From the NCBI RefSeq assembly GCF_036321535.1, contig NC_087437.1, forward strand, positions 92,506,001 to 92,570,000: a DNA stretch of 64,000 nt, in the 5' to 3' direction. Source of the stretch: Camelus dromedarius (taxonomy: Eukaryota). The notes beneath the pieces are model-generated. The model saw only the letters and a program-made list of their open reading frames with translations. It made no database searches and was not told where the DNA came from. The translations under genes were made by a program, and so were the position numbers. Within the stretch, counting starts at the first letter, position 1; every line of letters begins with the position of its first letter. Below are positions 25,870 through 38,215 of this stretch, piece after piece.

Positions 25870-27480
25870 CACTCAATACCAACAGGGTTATTTATGAAAA
25901 TTGACAGGCTGATTTTAAAATACACATGAAAGATTAAAGGGTCAAGAATGGCCAAGAAATTTTTTCAGAAAAAGAACAGTGAGGACTTGTTCTACGGATA
26001 TCATGATGTATTATGAAGCTATAATAAATATGACAGTAAAATTGTGTGTTGGGGATTCACAAACTAACAGATTAAATAGTTTATAGAGACACATTCATAT
26101 ATGGAAACTTGATATATGACAATAGCAAAATACCATTAGTGAAACTGAAGAAAAATGATCAGCTATATGTAAAATATTGTAGGAAAGTAGAGCCCTGCCT
26201 CATACTTTACACATAAACAAGTCCAAATAGATTAAGAACATAAATATTAAAAACAAAGCTTTAAACTTTTCACATAAGATATAGACTAAAATCTTCTGAC
26301 CTTGAGATAAAAAAGGTTTTCTCGAACAAGACAGAAAAAGTGCTAGCTATATAAGATGATTGATAAAATGGATTCTATGTAAATTAAGAATTTCAGTTTA
26401 TTTAAAAGTTATCTCAAATTAGGAGAAATACAAAGTAAAAACTGGTAGAAGTTATCTGGAATAATGTAACTGACAAGGGAATAGGATCAAGAATATGTTG
26501 AAAGGAAAGAAACCTTTCCAAAAATCAATACAGAGAAGACAAGCATCATAACAGAAAAATGGACAAAAGACTTGAATGGGCATTTCAGAGAAGATGAAAC
26601 ATATATGACCCATTAGGATATGTTGAGATGCTTAATCTCTTTGTTTTTAGAGAAATGCAAATTGAGGCCACAATGAAATATTATTTCTTATTCATTTGAT
26701 CGACAAAAATTAAGAATTCTGATAATGCTATGTGCTAGAGTAGCTAACTTCAACACTATCCCTCAGAATATAAATAGCTAAATTGACTAGAAAATAATTT
26801 GGCAATATTATTTAAAGTTATTTTCATATCCTACTATTCAACACTTTTACTTCTGGGCATATACCCAAGAATATCCCTCACATATATACACTGGATGCTT
26901 ATACATGGATATTTCTAGCAAGGATGTTAATAAGAGGGAAGTACTAGAAATGAATCCAACTGAAGAAAAGAATGAAGAGAATGAATAATTACATTGTGGT
27001 ATATTTAGTCAATATAATTCTACAACGGTGAAAATAAACAAATATACCTATAATAGTGAAAATGAACAAATAATAAGGTTAGAATAATAAAATTCAATGC
27101 AATACTGGTATTGGAGAGGAGGAGCTGGACAAGTCCTAGAAGGCTATGAACAGTCTGATACTCTTAAAAAAAGTTCTAAATATTTAAAACTATGTGTGTG
27201 TGCGTGTGTGTGTGTGTGTTATGTATATATGTTTGTATATGTATGCATATATAAATGTTTGTATAAGGCTACGTATGCAAACATTTATATACGTATACAT
27301 ATGTATACTTTTACATGCATATATGTATTTTTTTAGCAAGTGAATGATATGTACTAATTCTAGACAATGGTCACCATAGGGGATCAGAGGATGGGATGGG
27401 AGATTATCCAAACAGATTTGTTACTGTCAATGTGTTAGTTCTTGGTTTGGTTAGTGAGTTCAAGAACATTCAGTATACTT
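25870..27480 (+). mobile_element. Ancient L1 (L1M/L1ME-type) ORF2 3' half and 3'UTR, heavily decayed, with an internal TG/TA tract at ~27192-27330
   Basis: GAAAATTGACAGGCTGATTTTAAAAT, AAAAATGGACAAAAGACTTGAATGGGCATTTCA, AGAAATGCAAATTGAGGCCACAATGAAATA, CTTCTGGGCATATACCCAAGA. Confidence 0.85.
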
Positions 27481-27595
27481 AAATGAGAGATCTAGACAGA
27501 TGATGAAAGATAGACAGACAGTTGAGCCCACAGCAATAATAAACAGGTGTGATGACTGATTATCATCACTCCAATTCTGTGTATCTGAAAGCCTT

Positions 27596-28041
27596 TGTCT
27601 TTGTCAGTTTGTGCTGCTATAACAGAACACCATAGACTGGGTGACTTATACACAAGTAGACCTCATCACAGTAGACAAGGATCCATCAATCAGTGATCAA
27701 CTGTTCTTCAATCCATAGTCCTTGACTAGCAACCAGTGTGTTTCTGCATCTTATCCACAAAGCTATCATCACAGGCTGGGAAGTCCAAGATCAAGGCACA
27801 GATTTAGTGTTTGGTGAGAGCCTGCTTCCTAGTTCATAGGCAGCAATCTTCTCACTGTGTCCTCTCATGGTAGAAAGCGCAAGGGAGACTTCTGGAGTTT
27901 CTATCATAAGGGCATTGATCCTATTCATGAGTTCTCATAACCTAATCACCTCCCAAAGGCTCCACTTTCTAACACCAACACAATGGAGATTAGGTTTTAC
28001 CATATGAATATCAGAGGGACACAAACTTTCAGTTTACAGCA
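27596..28041 (-). mobile_element. MLT1A-type MaLR solo LTR carrying a foreign ~115-bp insert
   Basis: TGCTGCTATAACAGAACACCATAGACTGGGTGACTTATA...GGCTGGGAAGTCCAAGATCAAGG...CCTAATCACCTCCCAAAGGC...GGACACAAACTTTCAGTTTACAGCA. Confidence 0.9.
27658..27775 (+). repeat. Dispersed direct duplicate of 57418-57535
   Basis: Ungapped hand alignment at offset 29760: 18 mismatches in 118 bp (~85% identity). Confidence 0.93.
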
Positions 28042-28090
28042 GCCATTAAATTAAAAAATTAAAGAGAAAAAATACTACCTGATTCTAGAG

Positions 28091-28260
28091 CAGTCATCAA
28101 GTTAGTATGTGCTATTATCACCTGGAATGCTTTACAGAAATTGAGATAATTTGGCCCCCACCTCCAGAGATTCTGCTTCAGTGGATCAGGGATAGAGCCA
28201 AAAATTAGCATCCCAGTAATTCTGATGTAGCTGATGCATAGATCACATTAGAAACAATGC
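28091..28260. mobile_element. MER5A-type hAT MITE
   Basis: ATCACCTGGAATGCTT...GGCCCCCACCTCCAGAGATTCTGCTTCAGTGG...AATTCTGATGTAGCTG. Confidence 0.75.
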
Positions 28261-28507
28261 TTTTTAGGAAATGTTATCACTGGATCTATCAGAATAAAAA
28301 ATTAATGTTCTGTATGATGTTACTGTCACAGCAGCCTAAATTCCCTCTCTCCTTAAATGACACAAGCCTAGGTCCTCAAGACCTACCATTGTTCCAGCTA
28401 CATAGCTCATGTTAAGGCATATCATATATTAAATACTAAAATCTATTGTAATAATAATTAAAAATATATACCTAGAACAGTATATTTAATTTATTTTGAT
28501 TATTTCA

Positions 28508-28874
28508 TGTTATGGGATGAATTGTGCCCCCTGCCCAAAAATTCATAGGTTGAAGTCCTAACCTGCAGAACATGGCTGTATTTGGAAATGGAGATAATTA
28601 AGTCCAAACGAAGTCATTAGGGTAGGCCCTAAACCAATATGACTAGTGCCCTTCCTTATAAGAAGAGGAAATTTGGACACAGACATGTACCATGTGAAGA
28701 CACTGGGAAAAGAGGACCATCTATGAGCCAAGAGAAAGACTTCAGAAGAAAGTAACCCTACCAACACTCTGACCCTGGACTTCCAACCTCTAGGACTATA
28801 AGGAAATACATTTTTATTGTTTAAAATATTCAGTCTGATTTACTTTGTCATAGCAGCCCTAGCAAACTAATACA
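28508..28874 (+). mobile_element. MLT1B-type MaLR solo LTR
   Basis: TGTTATGGGATGAATTGTGCCCCC...GTTGAAGTCCTAACC...CTTATAAGAAGAGGAAATTTGGACACAGAC...GCAGCCCTAGCAAACTAATACA. Confidence 0.9.
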
Positions 28875-29361
28875 CCTTGCAAAACCTGATCTTAGATGGA
28901 GAGCAAGACGTTTAGGGAGAATTGGTGATTCCATATCATAGAAAATCAATACAAAAAAATTCTAGTGTTAAATATGGAGGGACAAATATGAATGGAAAAA
29001 TAGTTTGTCAATATCTTTCCAAGTGCAGTGCAGGCATATGTATCAGATATATCTATCTGCACTACCCTCTCACCAGGAACATAGGCCTATCATTGAGAGG
29101 AACTGGCAGTTTTCATCCAAAAATTCCTTAAACTTTCATATAAATGCAGATCTATTTTTAGTATTCATAATGCCTAGCCACCATATGAAATAGACACATA
29201 TTTTTTGCTTATCTATTTGGGTTTTTTGCCGTCTGGCATCCACCTTACTTCTTAAGCTGTGCCTTAATTTCAAATTCTGGTAGCCAGATGGGCATGTGAT
29301 GTAAACTAGGCCATGAGATGCTTCTTACCAAGAAATACATCCATTACAGTGACAATAGATG

Positions 29362-29580
29362 CAAAAGTATTATGACTTTCACTGGCCCTAGGAACTTTTG
29401 ACTTTGTGATCCTCTTCTTTAATTAAAAAAAATTAATAATTATATTTTACAACTATGTTAGCATAAAGATAAATATCATGTTGGTTAGATTATATTCATT
29501 TTTTTCTTCTGGTTTAAAATGAACAAAAACATTTCTGTGGGCACCTAATAGCTTTGTGCCTGGTAGGTGAGTTAGCCTTA
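29362..29580. mobile_element. Probable non-autonomous hAT DNA transposon remnant
   Basis: GACTTTCACTGGCCCTAGGAACTTTTG...AAAACATTTCTGTGGGCACCTAA resembles an ancient MER-class MITE; family not certain. Confidence 0.5.
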
Positions 29581-30233
29581 ACAAGAAATCTAGAAGTCTA
29601 GAGGTGGAAGGACTTCACTCATTATGCTAAAGTGATCTAGGAAATTTCCTTGCCTTAACCTTTATCAGAGTTCTTATTTTTAGCCTTAACAGAATATTTT
29701 AAATTGACTTTTCAAGTCAGAACATTGTGACCTTAGTCTTCTTTCTTGCTTTTTAAAAGGAGAGTTAAGCCTTCCAAACTTATGCATCCTAAATCAAGTT
29801 TACTTGTACAGAACTCTCCTGTATGACACAAACCTATATATTAAGCATCAGAGTTACTTCTGACTTTAGGGGAGACTGCATCATTTCCAAAACACACATC
29901 AAGTAAATGAACTCTCAGCTTTCTTTAAAAATATGTTATCAAGTGTTCTTCTAGGTATCAGTTAAAAAAATAGTCAAAGAAAAAGCAGCTCTTCAAATAC
30001 TAATTTTCTGAAAAATCTACACTGGACTAATTGCATCATAAGTCAAGATAATATAGCATTCAAATACCCCAACTCATGAGAAACAGAAACAGTATTAATG
30101 GAAGATGAACAGCACCACAGCAATTTGTTCATATGAGCAAGGTGTTCTAACACTAAACATTAATGTATTGGCTTCATTTCAAAAGCAAATGTACTTCTAC
30201 ATTACCTGGTAGTCTAACAATAATACAAATACA

Positions 30234-30409
30234 AAAGGCTGAGACTAGGAGAAGGGAAATGAAGAGCCTAGGATGTCAAATTGTCAGGGGACACTCACTC
30301 TCAGGGCCACACAAGTGCTGGCTCAGGACTTACATGACCCTGAAATTAAGTACATACTTAAAGTTGTACCTTAGACCCCTCACTTTCCTGATCCTTGTCC
30401 TAGTCCTCA
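30234..30409. mobile_element. MER91-type (hAT-Tip100) palindromic MITE
   Basis: CACTCACTCTCAGGGCCACACAAGTGC...ACTTACATGACCCTGA internal dyad; ends GACTAGGA and TCCTAGTC are inverted. Confidence 0.7.
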
Positions 30410-32789
30410 TAAACCAACATATAAGTATTCTCACAAAGGAGAGTCAACAAGTCTTCATAATACTTGATTTGGTTACTTTCCAATCCTAGCTTAAAATAAA
30501 TTCCCTAATCACTGGAACCTGGAGATGAAGCAAAGATAATGACCAGTCACTCAATAGCAAAATCTCTTTAAATACAGTTAAGATGAGAGGTATTTACCAT
30601 ACAACCTCATTTATCCTATTCTTTCGTCTTCACATCTTTTTAATTAGTTGTTTTGTTTTGCATGATCTTCTCAGAAGTTACATTGGCTTAGCTTAGTAAT
30701 GAATATTGTTGAACTGTAGATGAACTATAAAAGGTCTATATCAATTTATAACACTTGTTGCAGGTGCAGAGTTCAGCCCACAAACAGGTGTTAAAACATA
30801 ACATTTAAAAAATTTTTCTATCATGGAAATTAATTTCTGACTCTGTGTATCTATTCTGTGTGCCCAATGGAAAAATACAGTCTTACTCATGCTTGAAAAC
30901 TTCCCTTCACTCTGCCCTGGATTGCTCCATAATTCTAGTATCTTAATTAGTGACAAAGCCTTCAAGTGGGGAAGGAGGAACTCTGATAAGAGGTTAACAC
31001 AGAGTTCACAGAGTTTATCCAGCCCCAACTTCGAGTAAAATTCAAGTCTTTCTTCAGAACACAATCAAATAGTATCTCTTAAGAGGTATTGTCAGCACTT
31101 GGGAAAAACTCTTTGATAAAGAGATACGTCATTAGAGAAAACTCATTATTAACTAATGAGAAAAGTGAAGAAAAGAAAAAACTGAGGAATAATCAATAAG
31201 GAAGAGCAGGAAACGGCTAGTTGAAACACTAAGCAAAGGCCAATCATGGAAAATGATCACATTTTTCCCAAATACTGCTCAAACAAAATCTCTGTCTCTA
31301 CTTCACCAGGGCACTTGCTAATTAATTTTCATGCCAAAAGGAGAACTTAAATAAATATGCCTTTTTAATTTGTAGTTTAGTTCCACTGAATCAGGGTGTA
31401 CCTCAGTGCCGGCCTCTAAGCAAAGTTCAAAATGGTGGGAGAGATAGGAGAGGAAAATTTCTCCATTATAAGAAACAGCCTGAGGGTTTAATTCAGTTTC
31501 TTGCTTTTCAAAGGCAAGGGCATTTATGAAAGGATTAAAGAGAAGGCAAGTAGAGTAGGCTGCATCTCTTACTGCCAATCTTGCAATCTAATTCAACACC
31601 ACCTCCTTCCACCTAACGTCCCCTCTGATTTCCAAGTGTAAGGAACTTTGCCTGTGGATTTACAAATAGGTATCCTAAATTTGCCTTTGTTATCGCATTG
31701 ATGCTAACGTTTTGAATGGCTAACAGTGAATACTCTTGATTGTTCATAGTTCTCTTGAAGAACTACTTTAGAAACAACTTCCTAATCTGCAGAAGAAAAG
31801 TGAAGAATGCAGTTGGTATAGTTGAGGTGAATTAAACATAATCTTAGCCAAAGACCTAAGTATACCTTCTGAGAGAAATTACTTTTAAGAGAACATCTCC
31901 ATCTTGGCTCACTTCCCATCATAAATAATTAAATCAAAGAATCAGTAAAACGGCAGCTTGCACTTAGTTCATATTAAACACTACCACAGAGTAGTGAAAA
32001 AAGTGACATGTGGTTTTTAAATTGTGATATGATTTTGCTTCATAAATCTTTATAACTGCCATGGTTTGGTTATAACAGCTTTCATGTTAGTGTATGAAAA
32101 CACAGAAACACCACACTTCAAAAGTAACATTTTATAGGCTATAAATAAAAATTTTAAAAATCATTAGCAACATCAGAGAAACTCAACAATATTATTTTCA
32201 TTGTAATCAGTAATTTAAACGGAACTTTTACATGTATATGAATAGACACTCATAAATGCATACACACACAAGAATATTAGTGTAACATGTAGAATTTTTT
32301 CTCATTCTTTCATCACAAACAGCACATTTTATGGTCATTGTTATTCTGAATGTGGTCTCTCAAATATAACTTTAAAGAAAAATACTTCAAGAAAATTAAA
32401 AAATAAAGTAAAAGTACTAATTTGGAAGGAAAAACACTACTTGCTATATAAATACTTGTTATTAGTGTAAATAAGAGAATCATGAGGAAGAATAGAAGAA
32501 TGTGTAGCATGTTACTCACTAAGCCATCATCTGCTCAGCTGTTGCTTACATTACAGCAAGAAAAAAGTATCTAATTGTAAGGTAAAAAAAAGTAATTATC
32601 TCTACATCTATGGACCTGCCAAAATCTAATATGTACATTATAATATCTATGTATGTATAATATATATGTACATAGATAGATAAATCGATCGATCGATCTG
32701 AGGTGGGGGGTTGGTGAGGGGGTACCTTAAGGTTTTAGTGATTGTTGGAACCACTTACCTCACTTGTATTATTAAAAATGCTTACCCTC

Positions 32790-32905
32790 ATCTCCATTCC
32801 AGAATTACAAAATCATCTCTTGGAGTTGGGCTTAGAAATTTGCACTTGTAACAAGCAACGTATGTAGTTCTTGCGTGTACCAGAATCGGAGAACAATTCA
32901 TCTCT
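32790..32905. mobile_element. MER5-type MITE fragment
   Basis: GGAGTTGGGCTTAGAAATTTGCACTTGTAACAAGC. Confidence 0.5.
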
Positions 32906-33616
32906 ATGTTATTCTCTTTTAATGAAAGCTTTGCATGGCTTGATTCAAATATAACTAGATTCAGAATACTGCTACTAAAGCAATTAGGTATATCACTGGT
33001 GGACGGATTTGGGAAGAGAAGAAGAAATTCAGAATAAACATATTCAGAAGTCATAACTTACCAAAACTAATACTGCCAATTTAAAACTGTCTAAAATCAA
33101 TTAAGGCATGTTTCAAACATTTTATGTATTTTTCTGTGACAACAAACTTCAGAAAATACATTCCTCTGGAGACTATGGTCCCTACTTATGAGATAGTCAA
33201 ATTAAGATATTGGAAGTGACTACCGGCACCATTTGGTCCAGATGGATTGTTAACTGTGGACATCATCCATCTTCACTACTGAGGTTGCCCCTCTGACATT
33301 GGCAATGTCATTGGTCCTCTGAAACATTCCTTAATCTAGAGTTAGCTCTTAAGATTAAAGTATATAGATCCAGATAAGAAACGATAAACCTCAAAGAGAG
33401 AGAATAATTTTACATAGAAGTTGATCAAGTCAGTAAAAAATCCAGTGTATTCTATGTCATTACCTGATGGCCAAAGGAAAATAATACACTGTGGAAACAT
33501 TCAGATCACATGATTTTTCAATCTATATCTCCCAACTCTTGAGACCTTTCATGTTTCCCCTCCATGGTATTCTACCACTAAGAATCGTTGCCATAATGAA
33601 TAGAAATTATGAAGGG

Positions 33617-33726
33617 TTTTTTTTTTTCCCCTTTATCTTTTGTAGTAAAATATCTATAACACAAACTTTATCATTTTAACCATTTTTAAGTGTACAGTTC
33701 AGTGGCATTAAGTACATTTTCACTGC
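33617..33726 (-). mobile_element. L1 (L1MB-type) extreme 3' end
   Basis: Poly-T then TTTATCATTTTAACCATTTTTAAGTGTACAGTTCAGTGGCATTAAGTACATT. Confidence 0.85.
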
Positions 33727-33899
33727 AGAAAACAGATGTCATGAACTTTTGGAAATAAAGATGTTTTGGACCTGTATTCAGAGTTTCTAACAGTAGGTCA
33801 CTGTTTAGAAGTAGGCATCTGCCGTCTCAGAAACGTCCTACAGGTGACTCTGATGGACAACCACAATTTACAGCCACTAATTTCATTTAATTCCTTCAT

Positions 33900-34020
33900 G
33901 TAACTCAGTCATTTATTCGCTTAATCTTTTGGTTATTTATTGGAACACCTGCAATTTGTCAGAGTCTGAGCTAAGTACTGAGCATACTAAAATCAAAATT
34001 AGCAGTATCCTTGTCACTTT
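33900..34020 (-). mobile_element. L2 3' terminus
   Basis: TCATTTATTC...TATTTATTGGAACACCTGCAATTTGTCAGAGTCTGAGCTAAGTACTGAG. Confidence 0.55.
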
Positions 34021-34849
34021 AGCTATCATTTATTAGATGCATATGATATGCCAGTTAGTATTCTGAGGGAAATATACATACACTTTTTTTTCAATTTATT
34101 TGATTTAATAAGATAACCAGTAGGAAGGAGATTTTTTAAATATATTAATTACATTTGGTTCTAGAAATGATAGAAAGTAAGAATTGGTACAATTATGTCA
34201 TGTAACATTAGAAAGGTGTATTTATCCTTTCACACCTGAGAAAGGTTTTATGCAATGCCATTTCCATTTCTAAGTCATTCATAATAAGGGGTAAACTGCT
34301 GATAAAAGGAGCCTTTATAAATTTAACTTTTTTTCCTCTACCATCAGTTATTTTGGGATAAACACCAGTCCAGTGGAAAGAATTCAGAACATAAAAGGCA
34401 CATAGAATAAAACTGAGACCTTAACTAATAAAAAGCGCTGTACATTTTTGCATCACAGAAAAAAAAAAAAAAAAGCCTTCAATGCAAATCTCTCGCAAGG
34501 ACATGATGTAAATGAAAAACTATGGAAACTAAAAAGTCTATATAAATGCCTCCTTGAACCTGGTACATGCCTAGCTAATAACATAAAAACATGGTTTTGA
34601 CTCATATATTTTTTTTGAACTAAGGAATTATTACTGCATTTTTAAGATGGCTAAGTAAGCCATCTTCTAAGATCAAAGAAGTAGGAATACAAGCCTTTCC
34701 ATATCCTAGTCAGGGTGCTTTCTATTGTTACAAAGATTGTCCACTAAGACATGTGTGTTGCTCACAGTGTCTTAGATTACAAGAGATGTGACCAAATGAC
34801 CATTACGAAAAATAAAAGGGGCATAAAGAAGGGAAAAAAGAATTTGTGT

Positions 34850-35860
34850 AATGCAGGGAATGTCTCTTAAGGAATTATTCATCAGGGAGCTATGGGATAC
34901 AAAATTAAAAGTTTCTCAGGACTGAAGACATAAAAGGTTATTTAAATCAGATGGACCAGTCTATAAAATATTGTGGAGTCCAGAAATGACAAGATTCAGA
35001 AAACAGTAAGCAGTTGAATGTGACTACAGTATAAAGTGCATGTAGGGAAGCAGGAGGTGGCGAAGAAGCAGATAGTTAGAGGTGCAGATGATGCTGTTGG
35101 CAATGAAATGCCAATGATACTTTTACTCATGAGGCAAACATGAGTAAATATGTGTTTTAGTGCCTGTGTGAAGAACAGAGTGGAGTAAAAGAGCATGGGG
35201 GTTGGGAGGTCACATAGTAGACTACTTAAATAGTATGTAACATAGAGAATTAAGGAGGATTTAAGGTGTGTAAAGATGGTAGCATTGCTAAAATCAAAAA
35301 TTGATTTGATATGAAAGTATTGGAAAAAGAAGAATATATAGTTATTGCCAGAATTAGGTTGGAAAACAGGGTTGTTGGCATGACATTAGAATTGAGTATA
35401 TTAGGTGAAAACAATGCTTTGTGGGAAATTCATTAGCATATTTATTTAATATAAAGTGTTTATAGTAAAGCAAGGTATAAAATGTCTCATAAGAAGTTGG
35501 CCATATATATCCAGATCTCATAGGAGGATCTGAATCACAGATGTAAATTCGAGCGTTATTGGCATGTACATGATAGTGAAAACCATGAAGAAAAATTATA
35601 TAAATAAAGAAAAGTGTCTGGAAGAAATGTGGAGTGGGGAGGGTACAGTTCAGTTGTAGAGTGTGTGCTTAGCATGCAGGAGGTCCTGGGTTCAATCCCC
35701 AATACCTCTATCAAAAAAATAACATAAAAAATAAAGAAAGAAACCTAATTACCTCCACACACCCCCCGAAAAAAAAATGTGGACATATATCAAGTATTTG
35801 AGAAAATATATAATGATTAATGTATGGCTGTCAAGTCACATGAGAAAATTAAAATTTTTG
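34850..35860 (-). mobile_element. L2 LINE remnant hosting a SINE insertion
   Basis: Purine-rich; CCAGATCTCATAGGAGGATCTGAATCACAGATGTAAATTCGAGCGTTATTGGCATG...AAACCATG matches an antisense L2 motif. Confidence 0.55.
35634..35774 (+). mobile_element. tRNA-Ala-derived SINE (camelid vic-1-type)
   Basis: GGGGAGGGTACAGTTCAGTTGTAGAG (A-box), CTTAGCAT anticodon loop, GGTTCAATCCCC (B-box), A-rich middle, AAACCTAATTACCTCC tail; TSD AAATGTGGA at 35625-35633 and 35775-35783. Confidence 0.92.
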
Positions 35861-37910
35861 GAGCAGTCCCCAGCACTGCAGATGATCAAGACTTATTAAA
35901 TGACCAAATAAATGAGTAGAACTTGCAAAACGTAAATATCCATGTATTTATTTACTTATTAAATCTACTTTGAGTAATCACAGAAAGAATCTCATGCTGA
36001 AAAACATAATGATTTTTCTTATAAAAGAGATTTGAGTAGCCATGTATGTTTAGTAGAGGAAGTCAATGTTGTGGGAAAATTTATGGCACAAGAGACATGA
36101 ATAAGGAAAATAAAACCCATGAAGATTAAATGTTTTGAATAAAGTCACATTCCTAGTTAGTGCCAGACATCAGGACTTACTTCCAAAATAATTTCATTAT
36201 TAATATATTTATCCCTTAGAATCCAGGTTATAGCTTAATTAAAACAACAGGAAAGAAGTATCAAGTGTGACTACTGACTTGTAATTTTTCTCTACAAAAT
36301 TAATCTTTTTTTCTGACCTAATATAGAGAATAATAGAGTTCCACCAGTAGATTAATCCTCTTACCTCAGTATAATAAGCCTAAGAATAAAGACACAAAGA
36401 ATGCATTTGTTGCACCAGGAGGGAATTGCATAATTGCTGAATGGGCAGTGGGTTTGCCAGCTACCTAAAGAACTACATCATGCAGACAGAACAAAGTAAG
36501 ATATTTTTATATCATAAAAAGAAGGTGGATACGTGGTGTTTCAGTACTCCATTTAGCAAGAGTGAGATTGCAAACTTTATAGGAATTTTCCCTCAGTGAA
36601 TGAAGAATAAGAAAAAAAAAAGCGAGTATATTTTTGGTAATCTATACATCACAGTTTTTTCTTATAGTCATGTTTCTTATGCCTTTAAAACATTCGGTTT
36701 TCAAATTGTACGTAAGACACTGAATGCTAATTTACATGAAAACAGGTAAAACAGCTCAAGATCATAAATGTAACCCACTTGATTACTGCATTTTCTTCAT
36801 AGCATACTCATAATAAGTTTGGGGTGGGGAAGGGTTGTATCTGAATTTCATCAAATAGAAAAGTAAAGATTAATAAAACCCATGTAAGGAAGGAATACTT
36901 AGGCTTATAACCACAGACATGGATTTGAACTTAGAAATTTGGATACTATGGAAAGGAAATCACTATGTAAGTAATCATTTTGCTTGCATCCTCACAGTAA
37001 AGAAAGGGAATGCATCCTCATTCACCTCATCCAGATCACCTTAAAGTAGGAGCCATAAAATGACAGGAGCCAAGAAGGTGATCTATGTATAAAATGCATC
37101 CAAGTTGAAGCGTAGAGAACTGGAGAAGATGAACCCCACCCACCTACACTGACCCCATTAGCACTGAGATGATGTTGAATTTATTCTCTAAACCATATAA
37201 CCAAGAGGCACATAATTATAACAAGGGTAAGAGTCCAGATCAGACCAATTGGATCTAGTCTAAACAGATCAGTCTAATTGAATTTCTAATTAGTTGTCTA
37301 AAACTATGACATATAAATCATATAAAAAGGTACTTTCTAAGCAGTATAATACTTGGACTGAAGAATATGGTATAGGAACTATCTATGATATATGTGAAGC
37401 CATACAAAGTCCAAAAGATATAAATCAATTAAAGTTAAAAAATAAGAAAACTAAAAGCTTGCCATTGATTTTATCCCATTTTTGCTGAATTCCCTGTTAC
37501 ATAATTGGTTGTAATAAATTTCTTGTTTATTTCTTTCTAATTTCACATATTTGTTCTTGGTTAAGAGAAATATGTGTAAGTATTCTGAATTATGGTATAT
37601 TTCATTATAATATGTGAAAAAATTAAAAGTTACATTCTAACATTTTTATACTTCCCAGCACACTGACTACAACAACTAGCTTACAGAATTGATTAAGATA
37701 AATTTATATTCTTGATAGGTTTCATCTTATTCCAGTGGACAAAATGTGAAAAGCTATAACTAAAGTGTTGAAAGATCTTAAAATAGCTGTCTCAAGTACA
37801 GGAACTTGAAGGAAGCATTTATGCACCCCCCAATAATCTTAAATATTAATTTAGCCAATAAATATTATATATTCAAATAATAAAAATGTATGCATAAACA
37901 TTTATCTAAA

Positions 37911-38215
37911 TGAGACAGTTCAGGTTCTGAGGGAAGCTGATGTAGAGACAAATATAGTGGTTCTGAGGTTGAGGGGAAGGAGACTGTGGAAGACAGAAGA
38001 GAAGGAAGAGAACTGGGCAGGTCAGACAAAATCTCAGCCAATCCAGCTGGGAACCTCTGAGTTTGCCTTGGGTCACTGGGGCTCAGCCACTGGCTGGGGT
38101 CCTCCTGAGAAAAGCGTGGCCTTGGCACAAAAGCCGAAAGGGAGCCCAAAGATGCTGCGGCTAGAAAACTTCAGCTAGCTGATCTCTGGTAACAGGCAAG
38201 TGCTTTCTTGTTACA
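37911..38215 (-). mobile_element. Old ERVL LTR (LTR16-like)
   Basis: AAATCTCAGCCAATCCAGCTGGGAACCTCTG...CTCAGCCACTGGCTGGGG...GAAAAGCGTGGCCTTGG. Confidence 0.6.

Noticed and set aside
35636..35708. tRNA-Ala gene
   Set aside because: Degenerate stems, a SINE body with A-rich tail, and a TSD show it is a tRNA-derived SINE
37235..37290. Short imperfect direct repeat CAGATCAGACCAATTG / CAGATCAGTCTAATTG
   Set aside because: Only two degenerate copies; an ordinary local slippage duplication
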